Virus record (IMG/VR): IMGVR_UViG_2657245124_000003
DNA length: 37,809 nucleotides
From: a virus
Lineage: Duplodnaviria > Heunggongvirae > Uroviricota > Caudoviricetes
Direction: 5' to 3' (one strand)
Shown here piece after piece: positions 25,379 to 34,623 of the stretch. The notes under the pieces were generated by a model, which did no database searches, was not told the DNA's origin, and was given only the letters and a program-made list of their open reading frames with translations. Position 1 is the stretch's first letter; every line of letters starts with the position of its first letter. The translations under genes and the position numbers were made by a program.

Positions 25379-26970
25379 CAGTGAAATACTACGCTATTCT
25401 GACTAATCAGGGCGCGGCACGACTGGCTAACGCGACGATGCTCGGCAGTAAACTGAATCTGACGCAAATGGCCGTTGGTGATGCAAATGGTGTGTTACCA
25501 ACACCAGCCCCTGCACAAACAAAACTGATTAACCAGAAACGCATTGCACCGCTGAATCTTCTGAGTGTTGACCCTAACAATCAGAGCCAGATTATTGCGG
25601 AGCAAATCATCCCTGAAAACGAGGGAGGATTCTGGATCCGTGAGATTGGTCTTTATGATGATGAAGGTGTACTCATTGCGGTGGCAAACTGCCCGGAAAC
25701 GTACAAACCGCAGTTGCAGGAAGGCAGTGGACGCACCCAGACTATCCGCATGATTCTGGTTGTCACGAACACCGAAGCCATCACGCTGAAAATCGACCCG
25801 TCTGTGGTTCTGGCAACCCGCAAATATGTGGATGATAAAATATCAGAGCACGAACAATCACGACGTCACCCGGACGCCTCGCTGACCGTAAAAGGTTTTA
25901 CTCAGTTAAGCAGTGCAATTAACAGTGAATCAGAAACACTGGCCGCAACACCGAAAGCGGTTAAGGCTGCATATGACCTGGCTAACGGGAAATATACCGC
26001 CAAGAACGCCACCACTACACAAAAAGGGATTGTTCAGCTCAGTAGCGCCACGAACAGCACGTCTGAAACGCTGGCAGCGACACCAAAAGCTGTTAAGGCG
26101 GTAATGGATGAAACGAACAAGAAAGCACCATTAAACAGCCCGGCACTGACCGGAACGCCAACAACACCAACAGCGCCACAGGGGGCTAATAGTACCCAGA
26201 TCGCAAGCACGGCTTTCGTTATGGCCGCGATTGCCGCACTTGTAGATTCGTCACCTGATGCACTGAACACGCTGAACGAACTGGCTGCGGCGCTGGGCAA
26301 TGACCCGAATTTTGCGACCACCATGACTAACGCGCTTGCGGGTAAGCAACCGAAGGATGCCACCCTGACGGCGCTGGCGGAGCTTGCTACATCAGCAGAT
26401 AAACTCCCATATTTTACAGGGGCAGATCGTGCCGCGTTAACCGCGTTGACAAGTGTTGGACGTGCCATTCTTGGTAAAACCAGCACTCAGGGAGTTCTTG
26501 ATTACCTTGGTTTAGGAGAAGGTTCTGCACTGCCCGTTGGTGTGCCCGTTCCGTGGCCCTCAGCAACACCACCAACGGGCTGGCTGAAATGTAACGGTGC
26601 AGCATTTTCTTCTGAAATGTACCCCAAACTGGCAAAAGCCTACCCCACCAATAAATTACCGGATTTACGCGGTGAATTTATCCGTGGCTGGGATGATGGG
26701 CGCGGGGTGGATGCCAGAAGGGGCATCTTAAGCATGCAGGGGTGGTTAACAGGAAGTCATTATCATAATATTCGGTCATGGGACGCGTGGGATAACACGG
26801 TACTGGTGCCAAATGACAAAGGAGGGGATAGTCTGTTGTCGACAGATAACGCCGTCCGGCAAGGTGCAATTAACGGTAGATTTACCAGTCAATACAGAAC
26901 GGAATCCTCAGAGGGGAATGAAACCCGCCCACGCAATATTGCCTTCAATTATATTGTGAGAACCGCATAA
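25375..26970 (+). CDS. H: tail fibre protein (P2 gpH-like) with collar domain and variable C-terminal tip
   Basis: 531 aa; repeated ETLAATPKAVKA tail-fibre repeat motifs; C-terminal Phage_Tail_Collar-like segment GWLKCNGAAFSSEMYPKLAKAYPTNKLPDLRGEFIRGWDDGRG; ends ...RPRNIAFNYIVRTA. Confidence 0.8.
   Translation: MTVKYYAILTNQGAARLANATMLGSKLNLTQMAVGDANGVLPTPAPAQTKLINQKRIAPLNLLSVDPNNQSQIIAEQIIPENEGGFWIREIGLYDDEGVLIAVANCPETYKPQLQEGSGRTQTIRMILVVTNTEAITLKIDPSVVLATRKYVDDKISEHEQSRRHPDASLTVKGFTQLSSAINSESETLAATPKAVKAAYDLANGKYTAKNATTTQKGIVQLSSATNSTSETLAATPKAVKAVMDETNKKAPLNSPALTGTPTTPTAPQGANSTQIASTAFVMAAIAALVDSSPDALNTLNELAAALGNDPNFATTMTNALAGKQPKDATLTALAELATSADKLPYFTGADRAALTALTSVGRAILGKTSTQGVLDYLGLGEGSALPVGVPVPWPSATPPTGWLKCNGAAFSSEMYPKLAKAYPTNKLPDLRGEFIRGWDDGRGVDARRGILSMQGWLTGSHYHNIRSWDAWDNTVLVPNDKGGDSLLSTDNAVRQGAINGRFTSQYRTESSEGNETRPRNIAFNYIVRTA
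26495..26520 (+). promoter_or_regulatory. hix/gix-like recombination (crossover) site inside the tail fibre gene
   Basis: TTCTTGATTACC-TT-GGTTTAGGAGAA: two 12-bp imperfect inverted half-sites around a 2-bp core, resembling the Hin/Gin/Cin site consensus (..AAACC-NN-GGTTT..); encodes the DYLGLGEG junction. Confidence 0.5.
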
Positions 26971-27581
26971 TGAATAACGCGATATTAAATGATGACCTTA
27001 TTGCCGTACAGGCAGGAAACATCGTCGTTTATAACTATGATGGTGAGACACGGGAATATATTTCCGAATCAACTGAATATCTTGCTGTGGGTGTTGGTAT
27101 TCCGGCTAATTCCTGTTTAGATGCCCCAGGCGCACATAAATCTGGCTATGCTATTCGCCGTTCGGAGGATTTAAATTCATGGGAGTATGCGCCAGACCAT
27201 CGTGGTGAAACCGTCTATAGCACTGACACGGGAAACACCGAAGAAATCACGGCGCTGGGTGACTACCCGAAAAATACAACCACTATCGCCCCGTTAACAC
27301 CATACGATAAATGGGATGGTGAAAAATGGGTGACAGATACTGAGGTACAACATCGTGCCGCAGTAGAAGCGGCAGAAACCAAGCGCCAGTCACTGGCTGA
27401 TGCGGCAATGGATTCCATAAGTCTGATTCAGTTGAAGTTGCGGGCCGGGCGGAAGTTGACGCAGGCAGAAACCACCCGGCTTAATGCCGTGCTGGATTAT
27501 ATAGACGCGCTGAACGCAATGGATATAAACATGGCACCAGATATCAACTTGCCGGAAATACCACTGGCATCAGCCAGTTGA
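26970..27581 (+). CDS. G: tail fibre assembly chaperone (P2 gpG/Tfa-like)
   Basis: 203 aa; C-terminal region (LNAVLDYIDALNAMDINMAPDINLPEIP) of typical Tfa type; immediately follows H. Confidence 0.7.
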   Translation: MNNAILNDDLIAVQAGNIVVYNYDGETREYISESTEYLAVGVGIPANSCLDAPGAHKSGYAIRRSEDLNSWEYAPDHRGETVYSTDTGNTEEITALGDYPKNTTTIAPLTPYDKWDGEKWVTDTEVQHRAAVEAAETKRQSLADAAMDSISLIQLKLRAGRKLTQAETTRLNAVLDYIDALNAMDINMAPDINLPEIPLASAS

Positions 27582-27587
27582 ATATAA

Positions 27588-28064
27588 CTAAGCCGCCCTC
27601 ACGATATAGTTAAATGCAATATTGCGGGGGCGGGTTTCACTACCACCTGTGTTACCAATACTTCCTCGTGAATGAAGCGTTGGTGATGGAATCAAACTCC
27701 CTCCTGTATTTGTGGCATCAAGCCCCCTGCCTTGTGTATATGTTTTTTTGAAAATCGTAGCCAACTCCCATTCATCTTTTGTGTCATATCCATCGTTAGC
27801 TACAACAATATGGCGGTGTTTTTCCAACATCCCGTTTTGAATGCTCAATAAAGCGCGTGCCGCATCAATTCCTCGCCCATCATCCCAGCCACGGATAAAT
27901 TCTCCGCGTAAATCCGGTAATTTATTGGTGGGGTAGGCTTTTGCCAGTTTGGGGTACATTTCAGAAGAAAATGCTGCACCGTTACATTTCAGCCAGCCCG
28001 TTGGTGGTGTTGCTAAGGGCCATGGAACAGGCACACCAACGGGCAGTGCAGAGCCTTCCCCCAA
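27588..28064 (-). other. silent tail-fibre C-terminal cassette 1 (collar domain plus variable tip; no ATG start)
   Basis: Begins at the LGEGSALPVGVPVPWP... junction (TTG called as start), shares about 68 aa with the H collar region, then a unique tip, ending RPRNIAFNYIVRAA; crossover-like site TTCCCCCAAACCAACGTTTTCATGC at 28056-28080. Confidence 0.7.
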
Positions 28065-28074
28065 ACCAACGTTT

Positions 28075-28578
28075 TCATGCGGCTCTTACGATGTAATTGA
28101 ATGCAACGTTGCGAGGGCGAGTTTCTGTACCTACATTTCCACTAATTTTACCAAACTGTTTTATATTACGAGAGCTAATGGCTCGTAGTGAGGAAGGCAC
28201 CCTTAAACCGGGTTCGTCTGTTTTAACTATTCCCCCGTCCCCGTATGTAGCCAGTATTCCAGGGTTTAATCCTTCCCGTGCACTTTCCACGGCAAGTCCG
28301 TTCCCGGTCCATAATTCCATATAGTGTGCATGATCCAAAATTGTGTGTGGCTGCCAATTAAGCAAAGCGCGGCCAGCATCCACCCCGCGCCCATCATCCC
28401 AGCCGCGAATAAATTCTCCCCGTAAATCCGGTAATTTATTTGCGGGGTAGGCTTTTGCCAGTTTGGGGTACATTTCAGAAGAAAATGCTGCACCATTGCA
28501 TTTCAGCCAGCCCGTTGGTGGTGTGGCTGAGGGCCATGGAACGGGCACACCAACAGGCAGCGCAGAACCTTCCCCCAA
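28075..28578 (-). other. silent tail-fibre C-terminal cassette 2
   Basis: Same conserved N-terminal collar segment and C-terminal RPRNVAFNYIVRAA with a different middle region; crossover-like site at 28570-28594 overlapping the stop of cassette 3. Confidence 0.7.
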
Positions 28579-28588
28579 ACCAACGTTT

Positions 28589-29017
28589 TCATGCTGCCCT
28601 TACGATGTAATTAAACGCAATATTACGAGGACGAATGGTTACATAATTGACCCCATCACCTCGTGAAGGCCCTGCAAATGAAAAACGGGAAAAGCTTGGT
28701 TGGTTAGAAACAATTTGGTCATAGTTATTGATTGAATGACCAGACCCAATGTCGAAATTACCTCCGTAATGAGAAAAACTTGTACCATCCTGCCCTGAAA
28801 GCAGGGTACGTCCCGCATCAATCCCGCGCCCATCATCCCAGCCACGGATAAATTCACCGCGTAAATCCGGTAATTTATTGGTGGGATAAGCCCTTGCCAG
28901 TCTGGGATACATTTCAGAAGAAAATGCTGCGCCGTTACATTTCAGCCACCCCGTTGGTGGTGTTGCTGAGGACCACGGAACGGGCACACCAACGGGCAGC
29001 GCAGAGCCTTTCCCCAA
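28589..29017 (-). other. silent tail-fibre C-terminal cassette 3
   Basis: Same architecture; crossover-like site at 29009-29033. Confidence 0.7.
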
Positions 29018-29027
29018 ACCAACGTTT

Positions 29028-29591
29028 TCATGCTGCCCTTACGATGTAATTAAACGCAATGTTGCGTGGGCGGTTTTCGTTTGCAGTTGGAACAATTTTT
29101 GAAGCATCAAGGCCAATCACTTTTGGGTAAACAACGCCGTCTGTCCTTTCTGTCACCATACTTCTGACTAAGGAGAAATAACTATTGTTTGTTGAGGAAT
29201 TTAAAGGCACCACTGCCCCCTTAAACGAGCCTACTGATTCCCATATTGAATAATTTTCAGTGTTTACAGTCTTGAACTCACCATAGATATTACGTATGGC
29301 ATCACCTTGAGCGGATAATATTGTTCTCCCCGCATCCGCACTACGTCCATCATCCCAGCCACGAATAAATTCACCCCGTAAATCCGGTAATTTATTGGTG
29401 GGGTAAGCCTTTGCCAGTCCGGGATACATTTCAGAAGAAAATGCTGCGCCGTTACATTTCAGCCAGCCCGTTGGTGGTGTTGCTGAGGGCCACGGAACGG
29501 GCACACCAACAGGCAGCGCAGAACCTTCCCCCAAACCAACGTTTTCGTTTTTATCCCTACCTATACCAACTATGTATTTTTCACGAAACAA
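29028..29591 (-). other. silent tail-fibre C-terminal cassette 4
   Basis: Same architecture; the conserved segment starts at about 29534; crossover-like site at 29526-29551; the upstream extension to 29591 is probably not translated. Confidence 0.65.
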
Positions 29592-29605
29592 AGAGGATGT
29601 TTTTT

Positions 29606-30205
29606 ATGCAAATTGGCTATATTCGTGTGTCAACAAATGACCAGAACACGGATTTACAACGCAATGCACTGAACTGCGCAGGATGTGAACTGATTTTTGA
29701 AGATAAAATCAGCGGAACGAAATCAGCCAGACCGGGATTGAAAAAACTGCTCAGAACGCTATCAGAAGGAGATACGCTGGTTGTCTGGAAGCTGGACAGA
29801 CTGGGCAGAAGTATGAAACACCTGATCACGCTTATTGAGGAATTGCGGGAAAAAGGTGTTAATTTCCGTAGTCTGACGGACAGCATTGACACATCAACAC
29901 CCATGGGGCGTTTCTTTTTTCACGTCATGGGGGCTTTAGCCGAAATGGAACGTGAATTAATTGTAGAGCGTACACTGGCCGGGCTGGCAGCAGCACGCGC
30001 ACAAGGACGCATTGGCGGACGTCGCCCGAAGTTGACAAAAGAACAACACGAGCAAATAGCGAGGCTGATTAAAAACGGTCATGACAGGAAACAACTGGCG
30101 ATCATTTACGACATCGGCATATCGACGATTTATCGTTATCACCCTGTAGGCGATATACAGGCTGAAGAAACAACCAGGCAGACTCAGGAAAATGAAAACC
30201 GCTAA
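29606..30205 (+). CDS. serine recombinase, DNA invertase (Hin/Gin/Cin/Pin family)
   Basis: 199 aa; MQIGYIRVSTNDQNTDLQRNAL...VVWKLDRLGRSMKHLI...C-terminal HTH (GISTIYRY) is the resolvase/invertase signature with the catalytic Ser in the IRVST motif. Confidence 0.85.
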   Translation: MQIGYIRVSTNDQNTDLQRNALNCAGCELIFEDKISGTKSARPGLKKLLRTLSEGDTLVVWKLDRLGRSMKHLITLIEELREKGVNFRSLTDSIDTSTPMGRFFFHVMGALAEMERELIVERTLAGLAAARAQGRIGGRRPKLTKEQHEQIARLIKNGHDRKQLAIIYDIGISTIYRYHPVGDIQAEETTRQTQENENR

Positions 30206-30224
30206 TCTGACCATTAGCGGTTTT
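30195..30224. terminator. bidirectional hairpin between convergent invertase and gpU genes
   Basis: aaaaccgctaat-ctgacc-attagcggtttt, perfect 12-bp arms with A/T runs on both sides. Confidence 0.6.
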
Positions 30225-30231
30225 GCGTTAA

Positions 30232-30726
30232 TCAAAACAGCCCTTTAACGGAGCTGGCCGCGCTGTTAAGGGATGATGTGACCTTATCTTTGAAGCCGGA
30301 CAGCATATCACTGAACGATGAGGATTGCAGGCGCTCCCGCAAATCCTCATCACAGCGTTCAAGAGTCAGTGAAAATTCTATCTTTTTCGCCTTACCGTAG
30401 CGATCAAACTCGGAGCGGGTCGTATTCGTTCCGGTCAGGACATACATGCCGTAAATCTGCCCGACACCATCAATCAGAGGCCAGGGGCGTCCTGTATATG
30501 CCTGCGAGGTCAGCAACGAAAGCGACACTTCGCCACCTGTAATTTCAGGATAAAGCACACCAGAAAGAACGATGCGATCATCGCCTGCCCCGATATACTG
30601 CCAGCTTGCTGAACGGTTAACGCGTTCATTTTTCACATGCCGCCAGCTTTTGTTTTGCTGTAACTGCTGATGCGGCAACGTGCGCAGCTCAAAAACAAAC
30701 ATGCCATAGATCATCATCATGGCCAT
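30232..30726 (-). CDS. U: tail protein (P2 gpU-like)
   Basis: 164 aa (P2 U is 159 aa); directly downstream of the tape measure on the same strand. Confidence 0.75.
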   Translation of the reverse strand: MAMMMIYGMFVFELRTLPHQQLQQNKSWRHVKNERVNRSASWQYIGAGDDRIVLSGVLYPEITGGEVSLSLLTSQAYTGRPWPLIDGVGQIYGMYVLTGTNTTRSEFDRYGKAKKIEFSLTLERCDEDLRERLQSSSFSDMLSGFKDKVTSSLNSAASSVKGLF

Positions 30727-30732
30727 GACTCC

Positions 30733-33576
30733 TCAATCTTTATCGTAAAAACTGCCACGCCCGGCACGGGCGCGCCGTTCCATCTCTGCCCTGACCATTT
30801 CACCGACCAGTTTCGCCAGTTCGCGGGGATTCTGTGTAACAACGTTATGCAGATGAACATGAATTTCACCACCAAATCCGGAGGCAACAGGCTCCCGGTT
30901 ACGGGAAGTTACAGGAACTGATGCCACTGGAGATCGTATGGCCTCCGCCACCGGGCGGGAGCTGGCCGCAACAACAGGGACCAGCGCCGGAGGCAGCGGA
31001 GCCGGGACCACGGGTGTGATATTAATTGCGGGGGCAGGCTTACTGGCCTGCGCAATCTTCCGCTCCTGCCACTCCCCACGAACAGCAAGTGCTCGGGGCA
31101 GGTTTTTAAAGACAATATCGCCGGGGCCAATGCGTTTTTTCGTCTCCTCAACCAGCTTACCTGTGTTATCAGCAATTTTGCTGAGTCTGCGTAGCGTCCC
31201 GGTATTGCTGTCTGTGAGCGGTTTGTTGTCTTTGGGTTTATCACCTCCGGTGCCATTGCCATTTTCCACAGGCTTCGGCGGATTGATTTTCGCCAGGTCC
31301 CCTTGAAGTAAGGCAACCTTGTCCTGAAGAATGGCCGCACGCTGTGCGTCTTCGATTTTCTTTCTCGCCCTTTCCGCTTCATCCGGAAGAACACCGAGTT
31401 TTTCAAGTATCCACGCCAGCGTATCCAGCAACATTTTTGCAGGCGTCAGAACAAGCTGTAACGCGCCACCAAGAACGTTACCGAATATCTCGCCAGCACT
31501 GGTACATTTATCCAGCGTTTCCTTGCTGGACTCCATCGGTGACAGCAGCGATTTAAACCAGTTAAACACCTGGCTGATCCCGCTTCCGATTGCGTCAAAA
31601 ACAGGGCCAAACCGTTCAAAGGTTTCACGCAACGGGTTCAGCCTTTCCATAATCCCGCTGAACACCCCGGCAAAAAATGCCCTGATGGGATCCCAGTATT
31701 TCCAGATAAGAACGGCAGCGCCGGCAAGCGCAGCCACGATAAGACTAACCGGACTGAACAGCGCCCCGATAGCTCCTCCCAGCAAAGAAACAGAACCCGT
31801 CACCATTCCCCACAGCGCAGGCAACACCCTGATGACATTCATTGACCGGGTAAGAATGTCGAAACCAAGACGCAAGGTGGCCAGCTTCCCGTAAAGCACC
31901 CCAATAACCAGCGACAACGAGCCAATCGTTGCAGTCATTGCCAGCAACGCACCGCCTGCTATCAGTAGCTGGCGCGTCAGTACCGGATGGGCCTGCGCCA
32001 GCGAGGTGATTTTTTCAAGCACCCGCGTGAGCCACTGCGTGACAGAACGCAGCGGACCGTCAACCAGATCACTGATGCGAATACGAAGACCTTCCCATGC
32101 GCTGTCGAGATTTTTCAGGTCTCCATCAAGATTATCGGCCATTACTTTTGCAACGCGATCGGCCTCTCCCCTTGCCCCCTGCAATTCTCTGGTCAGTTTT
32201 TGCAGTTCTCCTGAACCAGCCGCCGCAACAAGCGTCTGCAAACCAACGAACGCCTCTTCTCCGGCGATGTCCTTGAAGAAGGAGACCTGGTCTACCTGTC
32301 CGTATTTTTGTGTCGCCTTATAGAGATCAAGCAGCACATCCTCCATCGGGCGCATTTTGCCTCTGGCGTCAGCAACTGACACCCCCAGCTCTTTCAGTGC
32401 ATCAGCCGCAGCTTTTGGCGGTGATGCAAGGCGGGACAGACTTGCGCGCATGGCCGTACCAGCATCGCTTCCGCGAAGACCATTATTGGCAAGCATCCCG
32501 GCCATGGCCGCCGCTTCTTCAAGACTGATACCAAGTTTTGCGGCAACCGGACCGGTATACTTCATGGTTTCGCCCAGCGCGCGTAAATCAGTATTGGTCC
32601 GGGTGAATGCTGCTGTCAGCGTATCGCCAACCCGGTCCATTTGATCGGCTGTCAGGTTGAACTGTGTGAGGATATTGGAGCCTATATCAGCCGTCTCGCC
32701 GAGTTCGACGCCACCTGCCAGCGCCATATTAAGAACACCGGGCAATGCGGCCTGAATGGCCTGCGGAGTAAAACCAGCCATTGCCAGAAAGCTCTGCCCA
32801 CTGGCGGCATCACTCGCAGTAAACTGTGTTTCAGAACCAAGTTTTAACGCCTGCTCACGCAGCGCCTTAAACTGCGGGCTGTTTTTGTCGATTCGCGTCA
32901 GTGCCTGAACGCGGGACATCTCTTTGCCGAACCCGATCGCAGGCTGCAAAAAACGCCCGGCAGCATAGCCGCCAGCCGCTGCAGCACCAATTGCCAGCGC
33001 ACCACCTGTTTTCAGTTTTCCCGCGGTTTCCTGCGCGCGCGAATACCGCTCACGCGCCCGCGTTACACGCGCAAGCGCCTGCCGTTCGCGTTCAAGCTGG
33101 TTGTTGTACTGTTCGGTGCGTCTGATGGCCTGCTGGATGGTGTTATCGCTGCCTGTCAGGGAAATGCCGTGGCGTTTCAGCTCTCCGCCAAGTTCCCGCA
33201 TTTTCTGAATTTCCCGTGTGCGCGATTCATTCAGGCGTTCAAGCCGGCTGCTTAACTGCTGCATCAGCTTTTGTTGTTTTTCGCTGAGCACTGTACCCGT
33301 GCGTTGTAACTGATTAAGGGCGTTAAGCTGGCGTCGTGCTTTCACGATACCCGCATCCGCTTTACTGACAGCGTCGCGGGCGCGCTCAAATGAACGCGCC
33401 TGACGCTCGAGATTTTTGATCGCCCCCTGCGTTCGCTGGATGGAGTCACCAAACTGCCCCATCAGGCGGCGGGCGTTTTCGGCAGGCCGGGTCAGCCTGT
33501 CAACGGCGCTGAAAGCGACCCGGATATCAAGAGTCTTCATTGTCTGCACTCCCGCTGCGAAGTGCCGCCCGCTCAC
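30733..33576 (-). CDS. T: tail tape measure protein (P2 gpT-like)
   Basis: 947 aa; coiled-coil-rich N-terminus, Ala/Gly-rich hydrophobic central region, typical tape-measure composition. Confidence 0.8.
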   Translation of the reverse strand: MSGRHFAAGVQTMKTLDIRVAFSAVDRLTRPAENARRLMGQFGDSIQRTQGAIKNLERQARSFERARDAVSKADAGIVKARRQLNALNQLQRTGTVLSEKQQKLMQQLSSRLERLNESRTREIQKMRELGGELKRHGISLTGSDNTIQQAIRRTEQYNNQLERERQALARVTRARERYSRAQETAGKLKTGGALAIGAAAAGGYAAGRFLQPAIGFGKEMSRVQALTRIDKNSPQFKALREQALKLGSETQFTASDAASGQSFLAMAGFTPQAIQAALPGVLNMALAGGVELGETADIGSNILTQFNLTADQMDRVGDTLTAAFTRTNTDLRALGETMKYTGPVAAKLGISLEEAAAMAGMLANNGLRGSDAGTAMRASLSRLASPPKAAADALKELGVSVADARGKMRPMEDVLLDLYKATQKYGQVDQVSFFKDIAGEEAFVGLQTLVAAAGSGELQKLTRELQGARGEADRVAKVMADNLDGDLKNLDSAWEGLRIRISDLVDGPLRSVTQWLTRVLEKITSLAQAHPVLTRQLLIAGGALLAMTATIGSLSLVIGVLYGKLATLRLGFDILTRSMNVIRVLPALWGMVTGSVSLLGGAIGALFSPVSLIVAALAGAAVLIWKYWDPIRAFFAGVFSGIMERLNPLRETFERFGPVFDAIGSGISQVFNWFKSLLSPMESSKETLDKCTSAGEIFGNVLGGALQLVLTPAKMLLDTLAWILEKLGVLPDEAERARKKIEDAQRAAILQDKVALLQGDLAKINPPKPVENGNGTGGDKPKDNKPLTDSNTGTLRRLSKIADNTGKLVEETKKRIGPGDIVFKNLPRALAVRGEWQERKIAQASKPAPAINITPVVPAPLPPALVPVVAASSRPVAEAIRSPVASVPVTSRNREPVASGFGGEIHVHLHNVVTQNPRELAKLVGEMVRAEMERRARAGRGSFYDKD

Positions 33577-33795
33577 GCCAGCTAACCACTTCGCCGGGCG
33601 TCATCATGAAGATTTCGGCGGGCGACCAGTTAAAAATAACGGCAATATCTGCCACAAAGTCTTCTATGTGCTCAAAGCACACAACCGTGATCAGGCTTCC
33701 GTCGCCTGTTCGTTCTTCCCGCCAGAGTCCGCACCGCTCAAAAAATTTACGGCAACCGCACATAACTGAATAAAGTCACGGGATGCCATTTTTTT
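33527..33795 (-). CDS. gpE' extension, reached by programmed -1 frameshift from E (E+E' fusion)
   Basis: An A7 run on the sense strand (plus coordinates 33789-33795) lies where the -1 frame (ORF 33527..33763, extending upstream) is open and overlaps the T start, as in P2 E/E' and lambda G/GT. Confidence 0.4.
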
Positions 33796-34056
33796 GATCG
33801 TCACTTCATCCAGTCGCGGTGATGTCACGCGTGACAGCAGCGTAAACATGGATTCCGCTTTCAGATTCAGCACATCAGACAGCGACAAATCTCGCAGAGA
33901 TCCAGCCTGCTCAATAGCTCCGGTGATCTCCACATACGTGATTTTTTCGCCGCCTCGCTCAATTGGTTGGGTAAGTTTTACGCCACGCTCACTGGTTTCT
34001 TTCACAGTGTCAGCAACGACCGTGTTTTCGGTATCGATGTTTTTCGTCTCTTTCAT
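33691..34056 (-). CDS. E: tail assembly chaperone (P2 gpE-like), zero-frame product
   Basis: Position between the tail tube gene and the tape measure; acidic protein. Confidence 0.6.
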   Translation of the reverse strand: MKETKNIDTENTVVADTVKETSERGVKLTQPIERGGEKITYVEITGAIEQAGSLRDLSLSDVLNLKAESMFTLLSRVTSPRLDEVTIKKMASRDFIQLCAVAVNFLSGADSGGKNEQATEA

Positions 34057-34110
34057 CAGGAAACTCCTTTCAGTCAGAGGCGACGCACTGCGCCGCCTGC
34101 ATATTACTTA

Positions 34111-34623
34111 TCAGCCAAGCCCAAGCGCGGAACGGATGCGATCGGGCACAATGTCCTTGCCGTCCTTCCGGTAAATGAAGTTCAGCAGGTCAATCTCCCA
34201 CAACGGGCGATCGTTAACACTCAGCTTGTAGTAGGTGTTTTTAATGGCGTAAGTGTGTGATGTGGCTTCGCCCTGTTTGGCTTCCCCCATATCAATTTCC
34301 GTCACACGTCCGCGCATCTCGATTTCATACAGATCGCTTTCTGCATCGGTGTAGTATTCACCCGCAAAACGCAGCAGCGTGCCGTCAATCGTGCCGCCAT
34401 ATTTAAGGAACAGCGCACGAACAGCTCCCCCCATAACAAAACTCGCATCAAGCGCGGAGTCGTCCAGACCGAGATCAATACTTACCGCCCCCATCATGCC
34501 ACCACCACGATAGCTGTCGGTTTTGCGCGTCAGTTTAGGCAGGGTGACGGACGTCACCTTACCCACTTCGTTTTCACCATCCACAAACAGCGTAAAAAAG
34601 CGAAGATGTTTTGGTACAGCCAT
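34111..34623 (-). CDS. FII: tail tube protein (P2 gpFII-like)
   Basis: 170 aa (P2 FII is 172 aa); follows the sheath gene. Confidence 0.8.
   Translation of the reverse strand: MAVPKHLRFFTLFVDGENEVGKVTSVTLPKLTRKTDSYRGGGMMGAVSIDLGLDDSALDASFVMGGAVRALFLKYGGTIDGTLLRFAGEYYTDAESDLYEIEMRGRVTEIDMGEAKQGEATSHTYAIKNTYYKLSVNDRPLWEIDLLNFIYRKDGKDIVPDRIRSALGLG

Noticed and set aside
27588-29591. CRISPR array or diversity-generating retroelement as the explanation for the tandem ~500-bp repeats
   Set aside because: Repeat units are hundreds of bp long and protein-coding with variable middles; there are no short regular spacers, no cas genes and no reverse transcriptase. An adjacent serine invertase and hix-like sites fit an inversion system instead.
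30909-32847. ORFs on either strand within the tape-measure gene (e.g. 30909..31406, 31331..31894)
   Set aside because: Embedded in or antisense to the 947-aa tape-measure frame; Ser/Pro/Arg-rich chance frames.
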